Source of the DNA: Promethearchaeota archaeon
GTDB taxonomy: Archaea > Asgardarchaeota > Lokiarchaeia > Sigyniarchaeales > SOKP01
Assembly (NCBI GenBank): GCA_016839705.1
Contig: JAEOTR010000060.1
Location: 77,659 to 141,658 of the forward strand
Direction: 5' to 3'
DNA: 64,000 nt
The notes beneath the pieces were generated by a model. It was given only the letters and a program-made list of their open reading frames with translations, did no database searches and was not told the origin of the DNA. The position numbers and the translations under genes were made by a program. Of the stretch, positions 1 to 9,081 are shown in pieces. How positions within the stretch are numbered: the first letter of the stretch is position 1; each line of letters starts with the position of its first letter.

Positions 1-3
1 GAT

Positions 4-726
4 GTGATAAAAAGTGTTTCTTTAGGAATGACTTTTATTGAGGGATATTTTCCACTTTCTCTTGTCAAAGCAGTATTAGATAAAGAAATAAATCCATTTC
101 AAGCAAACCAATTAGTAGTCGAAAACCCTAACAAAACATTTATCCCAAATTATACTCAATTCGTTCAATCGTTTAGAGAGTTTCTATTTAGTTTTGTTTT
201 TAAAGAAAAGAAATTTGTTTATGAAGAATTAAAATCTGATTTTGCTTCAAAAATAGATCAATTACTTCTATTATTAGATTTAACAAATGAATTAAACGGC
301 TTGAATTTACCTTTTATCGAAATCATAAATGACCTACTATCTCTAGATCTCAATTTAAATGATATGAGATCTAAAATTTTAAGTGAAACTCATAGATATA
401 TAAAAAATATTTTAGATAAGCGAATTCGCGGAAGTACTGAGCTATTTGAACTGAAAAAGTTAAAGAATTCCCCGTTCATAAAATATACGAATGAGATTTT
501 AAAAATAAGAAAAGAAGAATTTGAAGCAACAAACGTTTTAAAATATTATGAAGATGGTGAACTAAAATATGATCTTACTGAAATAAGTAAAACATATTAT
601 GGTAAAAAATTCTTGGGGATTCTTCAATGTAGATATTTGACCCTGAAACCAGATGAATTCAAAAAATTCCAAAAATATTCTTTAAAATTGAACTTTCAAT
701 TGAATATTATCGAAAATCACACTTAA
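4..726 (+). CDS. Hypothetical protein, probably the 3' part of a gene that begins before the window
   Basis: 240-aa open frame at the window edge with host-like composition; no recognisable motif. Confidence 0.6.
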   Translation: MIKSVSLGMTFIEGYFPLSLVKAVLDKEINPFQANQLVVENPNKTFIPNYTQFVQSFREFLFSFVFKEKKFVYEELKSDFASKIDQLLLLLDLTNELNGLNLPFIEIINDLLSLDLNLNDMRSKILSETHRYIKNILDKRIRGSTELFELKKLKNSPFIKYTNEILKIRKEEFEATNVLKYYEDGELKYDLTEISKTYYGKKFLGILQCRYLTLKPDEFKKFQKYSLKLNFQLNIIENHT

Positions 727-728
727 CA

Positions 729-1055
729 TTAATTCATTGAATTAAATCTCAATTTTCCATAATTTACTTCATAACCTGGCATATACAAATAATTTCCTGT
801 TCTTATATTTGTAATTGCATAAATTAAATTCTCGGGTAATCCTTCAAAATTGCTGTTTCCTTCCCATATATTAAATTCACCTCTATTATTAGATATGAGT
901 GTATTATAGATTGTTAAATTTATTTTAGAATACTCTGTATCTCCTAATATTTTAGCTATTGAATGCAGAAGTGGGACAATATATTGAAATTTTTGATTAA
1001 TTGGAGTTTTCTGATCACTTAATTTATATACTTGAGAAATCAATCCTTTTGTCAA
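729..1055 (-). CDS. Hypothetical protein
   Basis: 108-aa ORF converging on ORF1; the frame stays open upstream to about 1127 and adds a CPYC motif, so the start may be earlier. Confidence 0.45.
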   Translation of the reverse strand: MTKGLISQVYKLSDQKTPINQKFQYIVPLLHSIAKILGDTEYSKINLTIYNTLISNNRGEFNIWEGNSNFEGLPENLIYAITNIRTGNYLYMPGYEVNYGKLRFNSMN

Positions 1056-1227
1056 GTCTTTAAAGCAATAAGGACATTTATTAATGTTGAGTTTAGGACT
1101 ACATTTTGAAATAAGAATTAATAAATTTTAGAAATTGAGATATGAATATGTTTTTATTTTGCATAAATTTTATTCTAAATAGAAACTGAAAGTTAAATTT
1201 AAAAATAGTAAATATAACCCTCTAAAA

Positions 1228-2514
1228 ATGAAAAATAGTAATCTCCAACATCCCTCTAAAGATATTATTGAAAGTAAAGGAACAATTCTTAGCGGAAAGA
1301 CTATCTGTTTGTGTTTAACTGGCTCTGTGGCAGTCGTTTCTTCTCCTATTGTTGCACGAGAACTTATGAGGCTAGGTGCCGAAGTAATTTCTGTTATGTC
1401 TAAAGCTGCTACTGAATTAATTAACCCTGCTTTAATGGAATGGGCAACGGGAAATAAAGTTATCACTAAATTAACTGGGGCTGTTGAACATATATATTTA
1501 GCTGGAGATAGACCAGGAGCTAAGGGGAAAGCGGATTTAATTTTGATTTGTCCTGCTACTGCAAATACCATATCTAAAATTGCGTGTGGAATTGATGACA
1601 CCCCTGTAACCACTGTAGCTACCACATCGTTTGGTTCATCCATCCCAATTGTTATTGTACCTGCAATGCATGAAAGCATGTACAAACATCCAATATTGCA
1701 GGAAAATGAAACTAAATTAAAAGAATGTGGAATTGATATATTAGTTCCAAGAATTACAGAAGGAAAAGCAAAAATTGCTCGAATTGATGACATTATTGAT
1801 AGAGTTATTGATATATTAGTCTCTAAAAAAGATTTAGATGGAAAAAAGGTATTAATTACTGCTGGACCAACTAGAGAAGCAATAGATTCAGTTCGATTTG
1901 TTTCAAATAAGTCCTCTGGAAAAATGGGAGTGGAAATTGCTAAAGAAGCAGCAGCTAGAGGAGCGGAAGTATTACTAATTGCGGGAAAATGTAATGTTAA
2001 GTTGCCGGAGTATATAGAGACTATTCACGTGGTTTCAACTGATGATTTTATTAAAGCAGTCAAGGATGAAATCTCATATAAAAACTACGATCTTTTTATC
2101 TCTGCGGCTGCTATTAGTGACTATAAACCAATCGAATGTATTGAGGGTAAAATCTCTTCTGATAATATTGAAGAAATACATCTCAATATGAAATTAACAC
2201 CCAAAATAATAAATGTCGCAAGGAAAAAAGATTATAACTTATTTATTGTTGCATTTAAAGCAGAAACAAATGTATCTAGAACAGAATTGATTAATAGAGC
2301 ATATAATAGGCTAGTTAAATCTGAAGTTGATTTGATTGTGGCAAATGATATCGGGAGGGATGATATAGGATTTGCTAGTAAACATAATGAAGTTTATATT
2401 ATCGATAAAAAGAAACATATAACTCACGTGGAGAGAAATACTAAACGATATATTGCATCCAAAATTCTTGATGTTGCTTTAGAGGTATATAAAGCAAAAG
2501 AAATTAAACATTAG
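1228..2514 (+). CDS. coaBC: Bifunctional phosphopantothenoylcysteine decarboxylase/phosphopantothenate--cysteine ligase
   Basis: LTGSVA, PATANTISKIACGIDD, PAMHESM (CoaC); ITAGPTREAIDSVRFVSNKSSGKMG, AAAISDY, FKAET (CoaB). Confidence 0.96.
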   Translation: MKNSNLQHPSKDIIESKGTILSGKTICLCLTGSVAVVSSPIVARELMRLGAEVISVMSKAATELINPALMEWATGNKVITKLTGAVEHIYLAGDRPGAKGKADLILICPATANTISKIACGIDDTPVTTVATTSFGSSIPIVIVPAMHESMYKHPILQENETKLKECGIDILVPRITEGKAKIARIDDIIDRVIDILVSKKDLDGKKVLITAGPTREAIDSVRFVSNKSSGKMGVEIAKEAAARGAEVLLIAGKCNVKLPEYIETIHVVSTDDFIKAVKDEISYKNYDLFISAAAISDYKPIECIEGKISSDNIEEIHLNMKLTPKIINVARKKDYNLFIVAFKAETNVSRTELINRAYNRLVKSEVDLIVANDIGRDDIGFASKHNEVYIIDKKKHITHVERNTKRYIASKILDVALEVYKAKEIKH

Positions 2515-2778
2515 TTCAATCCAGAATAGAATTTTTACGTCTTCTCTTGAAATTAAAATTTTTTTATACTTTTTTCAGTAAGGTAAATATTTAAATACTA
2601 AATTAATTACAGTAAGAAGTGAAGAAACAAGTAAATTTAATGCAAAAACAAAACAATTATAATATTAGTTTTTCAATCTGAGAAACTAAATCTTCTTAAA
2701 AATCTGGAAAAAAAAGAATTTATATTCTTATTTTATTTTAAAGATTAATGAGTAAAAAAGTAAAAGAGTGCGTTTAAA

Positions 2779-5700
2779 ATTTCATCAAAAGAAGAAGGAA
2801 AGATAAAACAAGGTACGATCGCAGAATATATGCGAAAGAGAACCCAATTAGTTGGATTTGAATACGGTTATTGGAAACATGTTCAATACTGTGCTGAATT
2901 TATTGATAATGCACTTGATGCAATAGAAAGCTTCCAATGGAAAGAATTAAGAAAACCAGATTCAAAAGTTAAATTTTCTCTTGACCAAGAACTATTTTTG
3001 GAGAAGTTCTCGATTGTAGAAGCTGCAAAAGAGGAAAAAAGGACTCAACACTTAAATAATGAGGCAAAACATACTCTAATGCGAGAATTAGGGATAGAAA
3101 CATCTAAATCAGAGCAAAATTCTGTTTTGAATTTAGAAGTAAAAGATGAGGAATCTGGGGAGATTATTGACAAAGAAGAATTAGAAGTGGAAGAAGAAGT
3201 AAAAAGGATTATTGATGACATGCAAGAAATCATTAAACCCGTAGAAAATATAATTGACGTGGAACCGATAGTTATTGTTCGAATTAGAGAATATGAAGCA
3301 CCATCATTTTTAACGTCTGAAATAAGTCAAAAAAATGTTATGAGCTTTATTTTTGAGATATTTGATAATGGAACTGGAATGTCGAAAATTGATTTAAGAA
3401 AATTTGGGAAATATCTTGCTTCATCAAAATCACTGGAATTAAAACAAACAAGAGGTAGTCAAGGTTTTGGATCTCCAAGCGCCTTTAGCGATGCACAAAA
3501 CACAACTGGAAAGCCAATTGTAGCTGTTTCGAAGTCTGCGGAAAATGTTTATGCCACCGTTAGTGAATTTTTTACTACCTCTAAAAATGAGAAGAAATAT
3601 TTAATTCACCCATCCGATATAGATAGTCCATTTTTACATGGAACATACATTAAATTAAATTATTTAAATGTTAAATATGTTAGAGGGTATGTTGAGAAGT
3701 ATATTGAAGAAACCGCCTTTATGAACCCTCATATTACTGTTATTTATATTGATCCATACGGAAAAGAAAAAATTTATCGCCGATTGGCGTCTTATTTTCC
3801 AAACGAGCCTAGATATGCAAAACCTCATCCCTCATCGGTTAATATTGGTGATCTCCAGGATTTAATCTCAAAATCTGAAAACAAATCAATCTCAGCATTC
3901 TTAAAAGAAAATTTTGTAAGGATTACGTCAAAAACAGCTAAGGAAATTATTGATCTAGCTGAAAAAAACCTTCAGGATAAATTTAATCTTTTGATTCTTA
4001 AAGAGGGATTTGTTAATAAGATTCAAAAAAAAGGAGAAAAAATCCAGTTTTTAAAATTTGAAAAAAGAGTGTTTGGGCGTTCAACTAAACCAAGAGATAA
4101 ACTAATAATTTATGAACTTAATTCTGAGGAACTTATTGAAAATTATTGGAATATAATACAAAAGTACATAAAAATTGATAAGGATCAAGAAAAAATCAAT
4201 AAAGAAATCAAAAAAGTCAATATACGAATAGAACAAGTTGAAACTCAAAAGGATAAAAAGAATCTGGAAAAGGAACTAAAAGTATTATTTAAAAAAATTG
4301 ATGAAATTAAATCTGGAAAGGAAAAAATTAAACTAGAATTGGATAATTTATTTAAAACGAATAAATCGGGATTAATTGAATTAAAAAAACTCACAAATCG
4401 AAGTGATTTTGAAGATTTAATAAGAGAAGTAGATTTATCTAAAGCGAAACCAAGCGATATTACAAAAGAGCAATTTAATTCACTTTTCTTTGCATTTAAA
4501 TCAATTAAATACATGGCACCGCCAACCGATACGGCCATTCCTGTTGGAGAATTGATTTTGGAAAATACTTTAATAAAAGAAATCGGGCTTAAAATATCCG
4601 TAGATATTGATAATTTTGATATACCAATAGAAAATATTAATAAAACTATTGATATTATATCTGAAGAGAAGAAAAAAATTTTAAATGATGAAGATTCCAA
4701 GAGGGATTCTGAAACTAGTAAAAGTATTACTGTTCAATCAGAAGAAATCATTAATCTTAATTCTGACATATTAAGAGATGTTAATATAATCGATGAGAGG
4801 ATAGAAGATCAACAGATAAAACAAATATTCGAAGATCTTATAGGAATTTCTGAAGTTGAATCAGTTGATAATTATGGGGATGTATTTGAATATTTTATTG
4901 AAAATTATACAAAAGATGATGATTTTGTCTCAGCAGAGACAAGAACACCTACTAGTGGAAAGGGATTAGCATATGTTGTTGAAGCTGTTTTGGCTTACTC
5001 AAGAAATATTGAAGTTCCAAAACGTTCAAGAGATGTATTGTCTAGATTTGTGAATAGAACACCCAAGTTAAGAGATAGTGCTGATTGTGCAATCACAAAA
5101 GCAGTTCAATCAGTAAACTGGAAAAATTACAATCTTGAGAGCTATGATAATGGTTTACCAAAAGGTCCTATAAAATTACTCGTAAACGTTTCTGGGCCAT
5201 TTGTACATTTAATGTTTAAATCTCAATCAAAAAATGCTTTAGCTGATGATGAAGATTTAATAAAAGAAATGAAATATTGCCTCGAGGCAATAGGAAGAAG
5301 ACTTCGAGTTTACATTAATCGAAAAGCGAATATTCATAGAAGTGAAAAGAGATCTAGTTTAATCGAAAAGTATATCCCCCGGTTCGCTGAAACCGTGTAT
5401 AATATCGCCTCTAAGGGAGAGAGTAAATTTAAAGCAAGGCTTGATCTTAAAGAAATTGAAACATTAATGAGGGAGGCAATTGGGAAGAAATATATTCCAC
5501 CTATTAAAAGAGATTTGAAACCCGAAAAACCTGAAATAGAAGAAGTTAAAGAGATACAAGAAGTTAAAGAAAAAGAAAAAGTACCAGAAGAAACAAAAAT
5601 AATAGAGAAAGAAAAACCAGCAGAAAAAGAACAAATCTCTAAAATAGAAAAACGAGAACCCTTGATAGATGTAAAAAAAGAAGTTAAAACCCAAATTTCA

Positions 5701-5976
5701 AAACCGACAATTAAAAAAGCACCCAAAAAACCTATCACAAAACCACCAGCTTCAAAACCAACATCTACTCAAATGACTCTACCAGTTATAACTACTGATG
5801 CGATTTTAAAAGTTTTATCCAATGATTGGCAAACAATTAAGCATCTGATTTTTAAACTAAAAATTAAAGATATGATGGATGCAAGATATCTCCAACTGAA
5901 ACTCAAAGAATTAGAACGTAAAGGAGAAGTGTTAGTAGAACTAAAAATGGGAAGAAAGCATTGGAAATTGAAATAG
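2779..5976 (+). CDS. top6B: DNA topoisomerase VI subunit B, greatly enlarged by insertions
   Basis: GHKL motifs EFIDNALDA, DNGTGM, QTRGSQGFG; NPH, KPHP, APPTD, RFVNRTP, VNWKNY; adjacent to top6A. Start placed at in-frame ATT 2779 behind GAGTG (first ATG is 2830). Confidence 0.92.
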   Translation: MSSKEEGKIKQGTIAEYMRKRTQLVGFEYGYWKHVQYCAEFIDNALDAIESFQWKELRKPDSKVKFSLDQELFLEKFSIVEAAKEEKRTQHLNNEAKHTLMRELGIETSKSEQNSVLNLEVKDEESGEIIDKEELEVEEEVKRIIDDMQEIIKPVENIIDVEPIVIVRIREYEAPSFLTSEISQKNVMSFIFEIFDNGTGMSKIDLRKFGKYLASSKSLELKQTRGSQGFGSPSAFSDAQNTTGKPIVAVSKSAENVYATVSEFFTTSKNEKKYLIHPSDIDSPFLHGTYIKLNYLNVKYVRGYVEKYIEETAFMNPHITVIYIDPYGKEKIYRRLASYFPNEPRYAKPHPSSVNIGDLQDLISKSENKSISAFLKENFVRITSKTAKEIIDLAEKNLQDKFNLLILKEGFVNKIQKKGEKIQFLKFEKRVFGRSTKPRDKLIIYELNSEELIENYWNIIQKYIKIDKDQEKINKEIKKVNIRIEQVETQKDKKNLEKELKVLFKKIDEIKSGKEKIKLELDNLFKTNKSGLIELKKLTNRSDFEDLIREVDLSKAKPSDITKEQFNSLFFAFKSIKYMAPPTDTAIPVGELILENTLIKEIGLKISVDIDNFDIPIENINKTIDIISEEKKKILNDEDSKRDSETSKSITVQSEEIINLNSDILRDVNIIDERIEDQQIKQIFEDLIGISEVESVDNYGDVFEYFIENYTKDDDFVSAETRTPTSGKGLAYVVEAVLAYSRNIEVPKRSRDVLSRFVNRTPKLRDSADCAITKAVQSVNWKNYNLESYDNGLPKGPIKLLVNVSGPFVHLMFKSQSKNALADDEDLIKEMKYCLEAIGRRLRVYINRKANIHRSEKRSSLIEKYIPRFAETVYNIASKGESKFKARLDLKEIETLMREAIGKKYIPPIKRDLKPEKPEIEEVKEIQEVKEKEKVPEETKIIEKEKPAEKEQISKIEKREPLIDVKKEVKTQISKPTIKKAPKKPITKPPASKPTSTQMTLPVITTDAILKVLSNDWQTIKHLIFKLKIKDMMDARYLQLKLKELERKGEVLVELKMGRKHWKLK

Positions 5977-5989
5977 GGTGAACAATTTA

Positions 5990-7177
5990 ATGGCAAAAAA
6001 GCAAAATAGTAAAGAATTAGACTTACGGGCAGCAAAGGAACTTTATATTGAATATTTAGAAAAGGGAAGAGTAAAAAAAGATATCACTCTTCCTCCTGAA
6101 ACTGTAAAAATTGATGATCTTAATAGGAGAGAAACTCTCAACAGATTATATAAATTGGTTGACGATGTTCTTGAAAAAATTTATAATACTGGAAGACCTT
6201 CAATCGAGTTACCTTCTAGATCAGGAGCGAATATAATATGGGATGAAGAAAATGATTTGTTACTCCTTGGTAGACAAATTATGGAAAAACAATTCCATAC
6301 TTTAACAAGCGTTGCGGACATAACAAGATTAATGCGTGTACTAGAAGTTGTAAATGAATTACTTAATGAAGATATTCATGCTACAAAAAGGGAGGTTTTC
6401 TATACTGATGTAAATTTATTTCAAGAACAAAAAAATAGCGATAAAAGTATTGAAGATGTAGCAACAATGCTATATACAACAAGAAACTCTACCCATATAG
6501 TAGCGGCTCCAAAAGGTACTTGTGTAGGTAGATTAAGAATTCGGGATAGAAATGATATAATCGACTTAGAAGGACTGGGGAGTGGAGGATGGACAATCTC
6601 ACCAATGTTAGACAACATTGATATAATTGAATCAGACGCAGAATTCATACTTGTAATAGAGAAAGATGCAGCAATGATGCGTTTAGCAGAAGCAAGATTT
6701 TGGAGGAAATATCCTTGTATACTCTTAACAGCTCAAGGAGTTGGAAATGTAGCCGTTCGAATGTTTTTAAAAAGGTTAAGTAAAGAATTAAACCTTCCAG
6801 TATTCAGTTTAGTTGATAGTGATCCCTATGGTCATTACATTCATTCAGTCTATTTGAGGGGATCTAAAAGATTGAGTTATGAATCTCCATTTCTTGCAAC
6901 CCCAAATATAAAACTATTAGGAGTGTTAACGAGAGATTTAGATGAGTATAAAATTCCTCAAGAAGTGAGGATAAAAATGAATAAACAGGATGAAAAACGT
7001 ACTAAAGATTTGCTAAGCGAGGATTTTGTCAAGAAGAATAGAGCTTGGGAAACTGATCTTAAACTTGCACTTAAACTTAAAATAAAAGCAGAAATACAAG
7101 CATTTGCTTCTCATGGATTTAAATTTTTAACTGACAGGTACCTACCTGAAAAACTTACAACAGGTGATTGGATATAA
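5990..7177 (+). CDS. top6A: DNA topoisomerase VI subunit A (Spo11 family)
   Basis: ATKREVFY (catalytic Tyr), VIEKDA, DSDPYG Toprim motif, KAEIQA; GGTGA at 5977-5981 precedes ATG 5990. Confidence 0.96.
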   Translation: MAKKQNSKELDLRAAKELYIEYLEKGRVKKDITLPPETVKIDDLNRRETLNRLYKLVDDVLEKIYNTGRPSIELPSRSGANIIWDEENDLLLLGRQIMEKQFHTLTSVADITRLMRVLEVVNELLNEDIHATKREVFYTDVNLFQEQKNSDKSIEDVATMLYTTRNSTHIVAAPKGTCVGRLRIRDRNDIIDLEGLGSGGWTISPMLDNIDIIESDAEFILVIEKDAAMMRLAEARFWRKYPCILLTAQGVGNVAVRMFLKRLSKELNLPVFSLVDSDPYGHYIHSVYLRGSKRLSYESPFLATPNIKLLGVLTRDLDEYKIPQEVRIKMNKQDEKRTKDLLSEDFVKKNRAWETDLKLALKLKIKAEIQAFASHGFKFLTDRYLPEKLTTGDWI

Positions 7178-7686
7178 AGGTTTTTAAATTGAAAAATGGT
7201 GGAGTAGTACAATTAGCTGATAAGGAAAAAATGCAAGAATGGCCAATTGAATTACCGTTACTTTTTATTGAATATATAAAAAGTAAACAAATAGATAGTT
7301 ATGGGAGTGCGAAAAGGGAGGTTGAGAAATATCTCGATGAAATTTTAAAAGACGTTGCCATTCCTAGATTAATAGCTGTTTTGAGGGGAGATGATAATGA
7401 AGAAATTGTATTAGCTTTAACTCGTATTGAAGAAATTTCAAGAAAAAATGTAGACATGGCTAAACCAATAAGCAAATATCTTGGCGATCTCTTAAAGAAA
7501 AATGATAAAAATATAGTAAAACTAGCCAAAACTATTTCAGACAATTTTGCTAAAGCAGAAAGAAAAGAAGAATTGGCGAAAAAAAGGAAAATAATGCGCG
7601 ATAAAGAGAAACTGTTTTTGGAAGGAAAAATTAATGGGGAAGAATACGCTAAAGCTAGAAGAGAATATTTAACTTTAAAAGATTAA
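7174..7686 (+). CDS. Hypothetical alpha-helical protein with a SHOCT-like C-terminus
   Basis: Overlaps the top6A stop; C-terminal LFLEGKINGEEYAKARREYL resembles SHOCT; start is TTG 7168 or ATA 7174. Confidence 0.7.
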   Translation: MKVFKLKNGGVVQLADKEKMQEWPIELPLLFIEYIKSKQIDSYGSAKREVEKYLDEILKDVAIPRLIAVLRGDDNEEIVLALTRIEEISRKNVDMAKPISKYLGDLLKKNDKNIVKLAKTISDNFAKAERKEELAKKRKIMRDKEKLFLEGKINGEEYAKARREYLTLKD

Positions 7687-7697
7687 TTTTAATTCTT

Positions 7698-8378
7698 ATG
7701 AACGGGGAATTTGATAAGGATAATTTTTATCAGTTTATATTTAAAAACAAAATAATTGGATTTTTTGAAGAACCGATTAAATTAAAATCTGGTAGACTCT
7801 CATATTGGTATGTAAATTGGAGAAATATATCAGAAGATGTATTCTTACTCGATAAGTTATGTGATTACATCTTACAGTTTATCAATCATCTAGATTTATC
7901 CCCAGATTGTTTTTATGGGGTACCAGAGGGTGCTACTAAATTGGGTATAATTACGCAATTTAAATGGGCTAAAAGTCAGGAACATTATAACTCTGGAAGA
8001 TTTAGATTATCAATGGGAAGAGGGAGACCAAAAGAACATGGGGATCCAAAAGACAGGTACTTTCTTGGTCAACCACAGGGAAAAGTAATAATTTTAGAGG
8101 ATGTCATTACCACAGGTACATCTTTAATTGATAGTATTAAAAAATTAAAAGAATTAAATATAAATGTAATAGCTGCTATTGGTTTAACAAATCGAAACGA
8201 GTTGCGAAATGACGGTAAAAGTGTTGAAGAGGTCATTCTAAAAGTAGGTGTTAAGTTCTATACAATGAGCAATGCAATAGATCTCTTACCAGCTCTTAAA
8301 CCAAATAAAAATATTGCTTCAAAAATTGAAGCCTACTTTAAGAAGTATGGGACTAAAGATATCAAAATGTCCTATTGA
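7698..8378 (+). CDS. pyrE: Orotate phosphoribosyltransferase
   Basis: LKSGRLSYWYVN, RGRPKEHG, PRPP-binding motif VIILEDVITTGTS. Confidence 0.88.
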   Translation: MNGEFDKDNFYQFIFKNKIIGFFEEPIKLKSGRLSYWYVNWRNISEDVFLLDKLCDYILQFINHLDLSPDCFYGVPEGATKLGIITQFKWAKSQEHYNSGRFRLSMGRGRPKEHGDPKDRYFLGQPQGKVIILEDVITTGTSLIDSIKKLKELNINVIAAIGLTNRNELRNDGKSVEEVILKVGVKFYTMSNAIDLLPALKPNKNIASKIEAYFKKYGTKDIKMSY

Positions 8379-8413
8379 TTTAAAGGATTAAAGATCTAAA
8401 AGGATACTTATTC

Positions 8414-8986
8414 TTATTCACTATTTATAAAAAAATCTCTCCAATTTTTAATAATTTTAAAAAATATGTCAAATAATAACTTCTCGGATATCGTAAGTCG
8501 TCTTTCATCATCTAAAGATAATTCTGTTTTTGCTAATTTTAATAACTTAAATAGTCGATTATCAACTATACTTGTTGAATAAGAATTATACCTATCTAAA
8601 TTAATTTGAGGTATATTCTTGTTTTTAATATCATTCTTCATGAATTGCTTGAATACTTTAATCTTATTCAAGAAAAAGTTATCCTCAGTTTGGATTAATT
8701 TCTGATCATCTCTTTCACTTATAGCATACCTCTGCACGTCAACATTATCACATTTTTCAGATTGGCTAATTTCTAAAACTTCATTAATAATAAAGGGAAT
8801 TGCAGAAAACAACTTAATCTTATATTTTTTTCCCTTCTCATAAGGCCCAAAAGATTCACCTAACAATGTAAATCCATCATAACTCTTTACACATTCAGTA
8901 GTAATTTTTTCATTTTTAAACATAAAATTTATTCTTTTAAGGGAATAGGTTAACTGTCCTCCTAGGTCTTCCATTATTTTTCTCAC
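8414..8986 (-). CDS. GINS complex subunit, Gins23/Psf2-like (B domain first)
   Basis: N-terminal beta region FGPYEKGKKYKIKLFSAIPFI followed by helical region ending RLFKLLKLA...LTISEKLLF...WR; lies near mcm. Confidence 0.7.
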   Translation of the reverse strand: MRKIMEDLGGQLTYSLKRINFMFKNEKITTECVKSYDGFTLLGESFGPYEKGKKYKIKLFSAIPFIINEVLEISQSEKCDNVDVQRYAISERDDQKLIQTEDNFFLNKIKVFKQFMKNDIKNKNIPQINLDRYNSYSTSIVDNRLFKLLKLAKTELSLDDERRLTISEKLLFDIFFKIIKNWRDFFINSE

Positions 8987-9002
8987 CAGATTTATTAAAC
9001 TA

Positions 9003-9019
9003 TAAAAACTTTATATATT
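9003..9019. promoter_or_regulatory. Probable BRE/TATA element between the divergent GINS and HEAT-repeat genes
   Basis: AAAAACTTTATATATT in a 95-bp divergent intergenic gap. Confidence 0.4.
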
Positions 9020-9081
9020 ATACAAACGTACTACAAGAGAAATAAACTTAATATTAATTTATTAATATTTTAAAAAAGTTT

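Noticed and set aside
1170-1793. 207-aa antisense ORF, representative of the many antisense and nested ORFs in the track (e.g. 4245-4700, 5334-5738, 18134-18430, 46340-46678, 57101-57556)
   Set aside because: Shadows of well-supported genes on the opposite strand or frame, with no motifs
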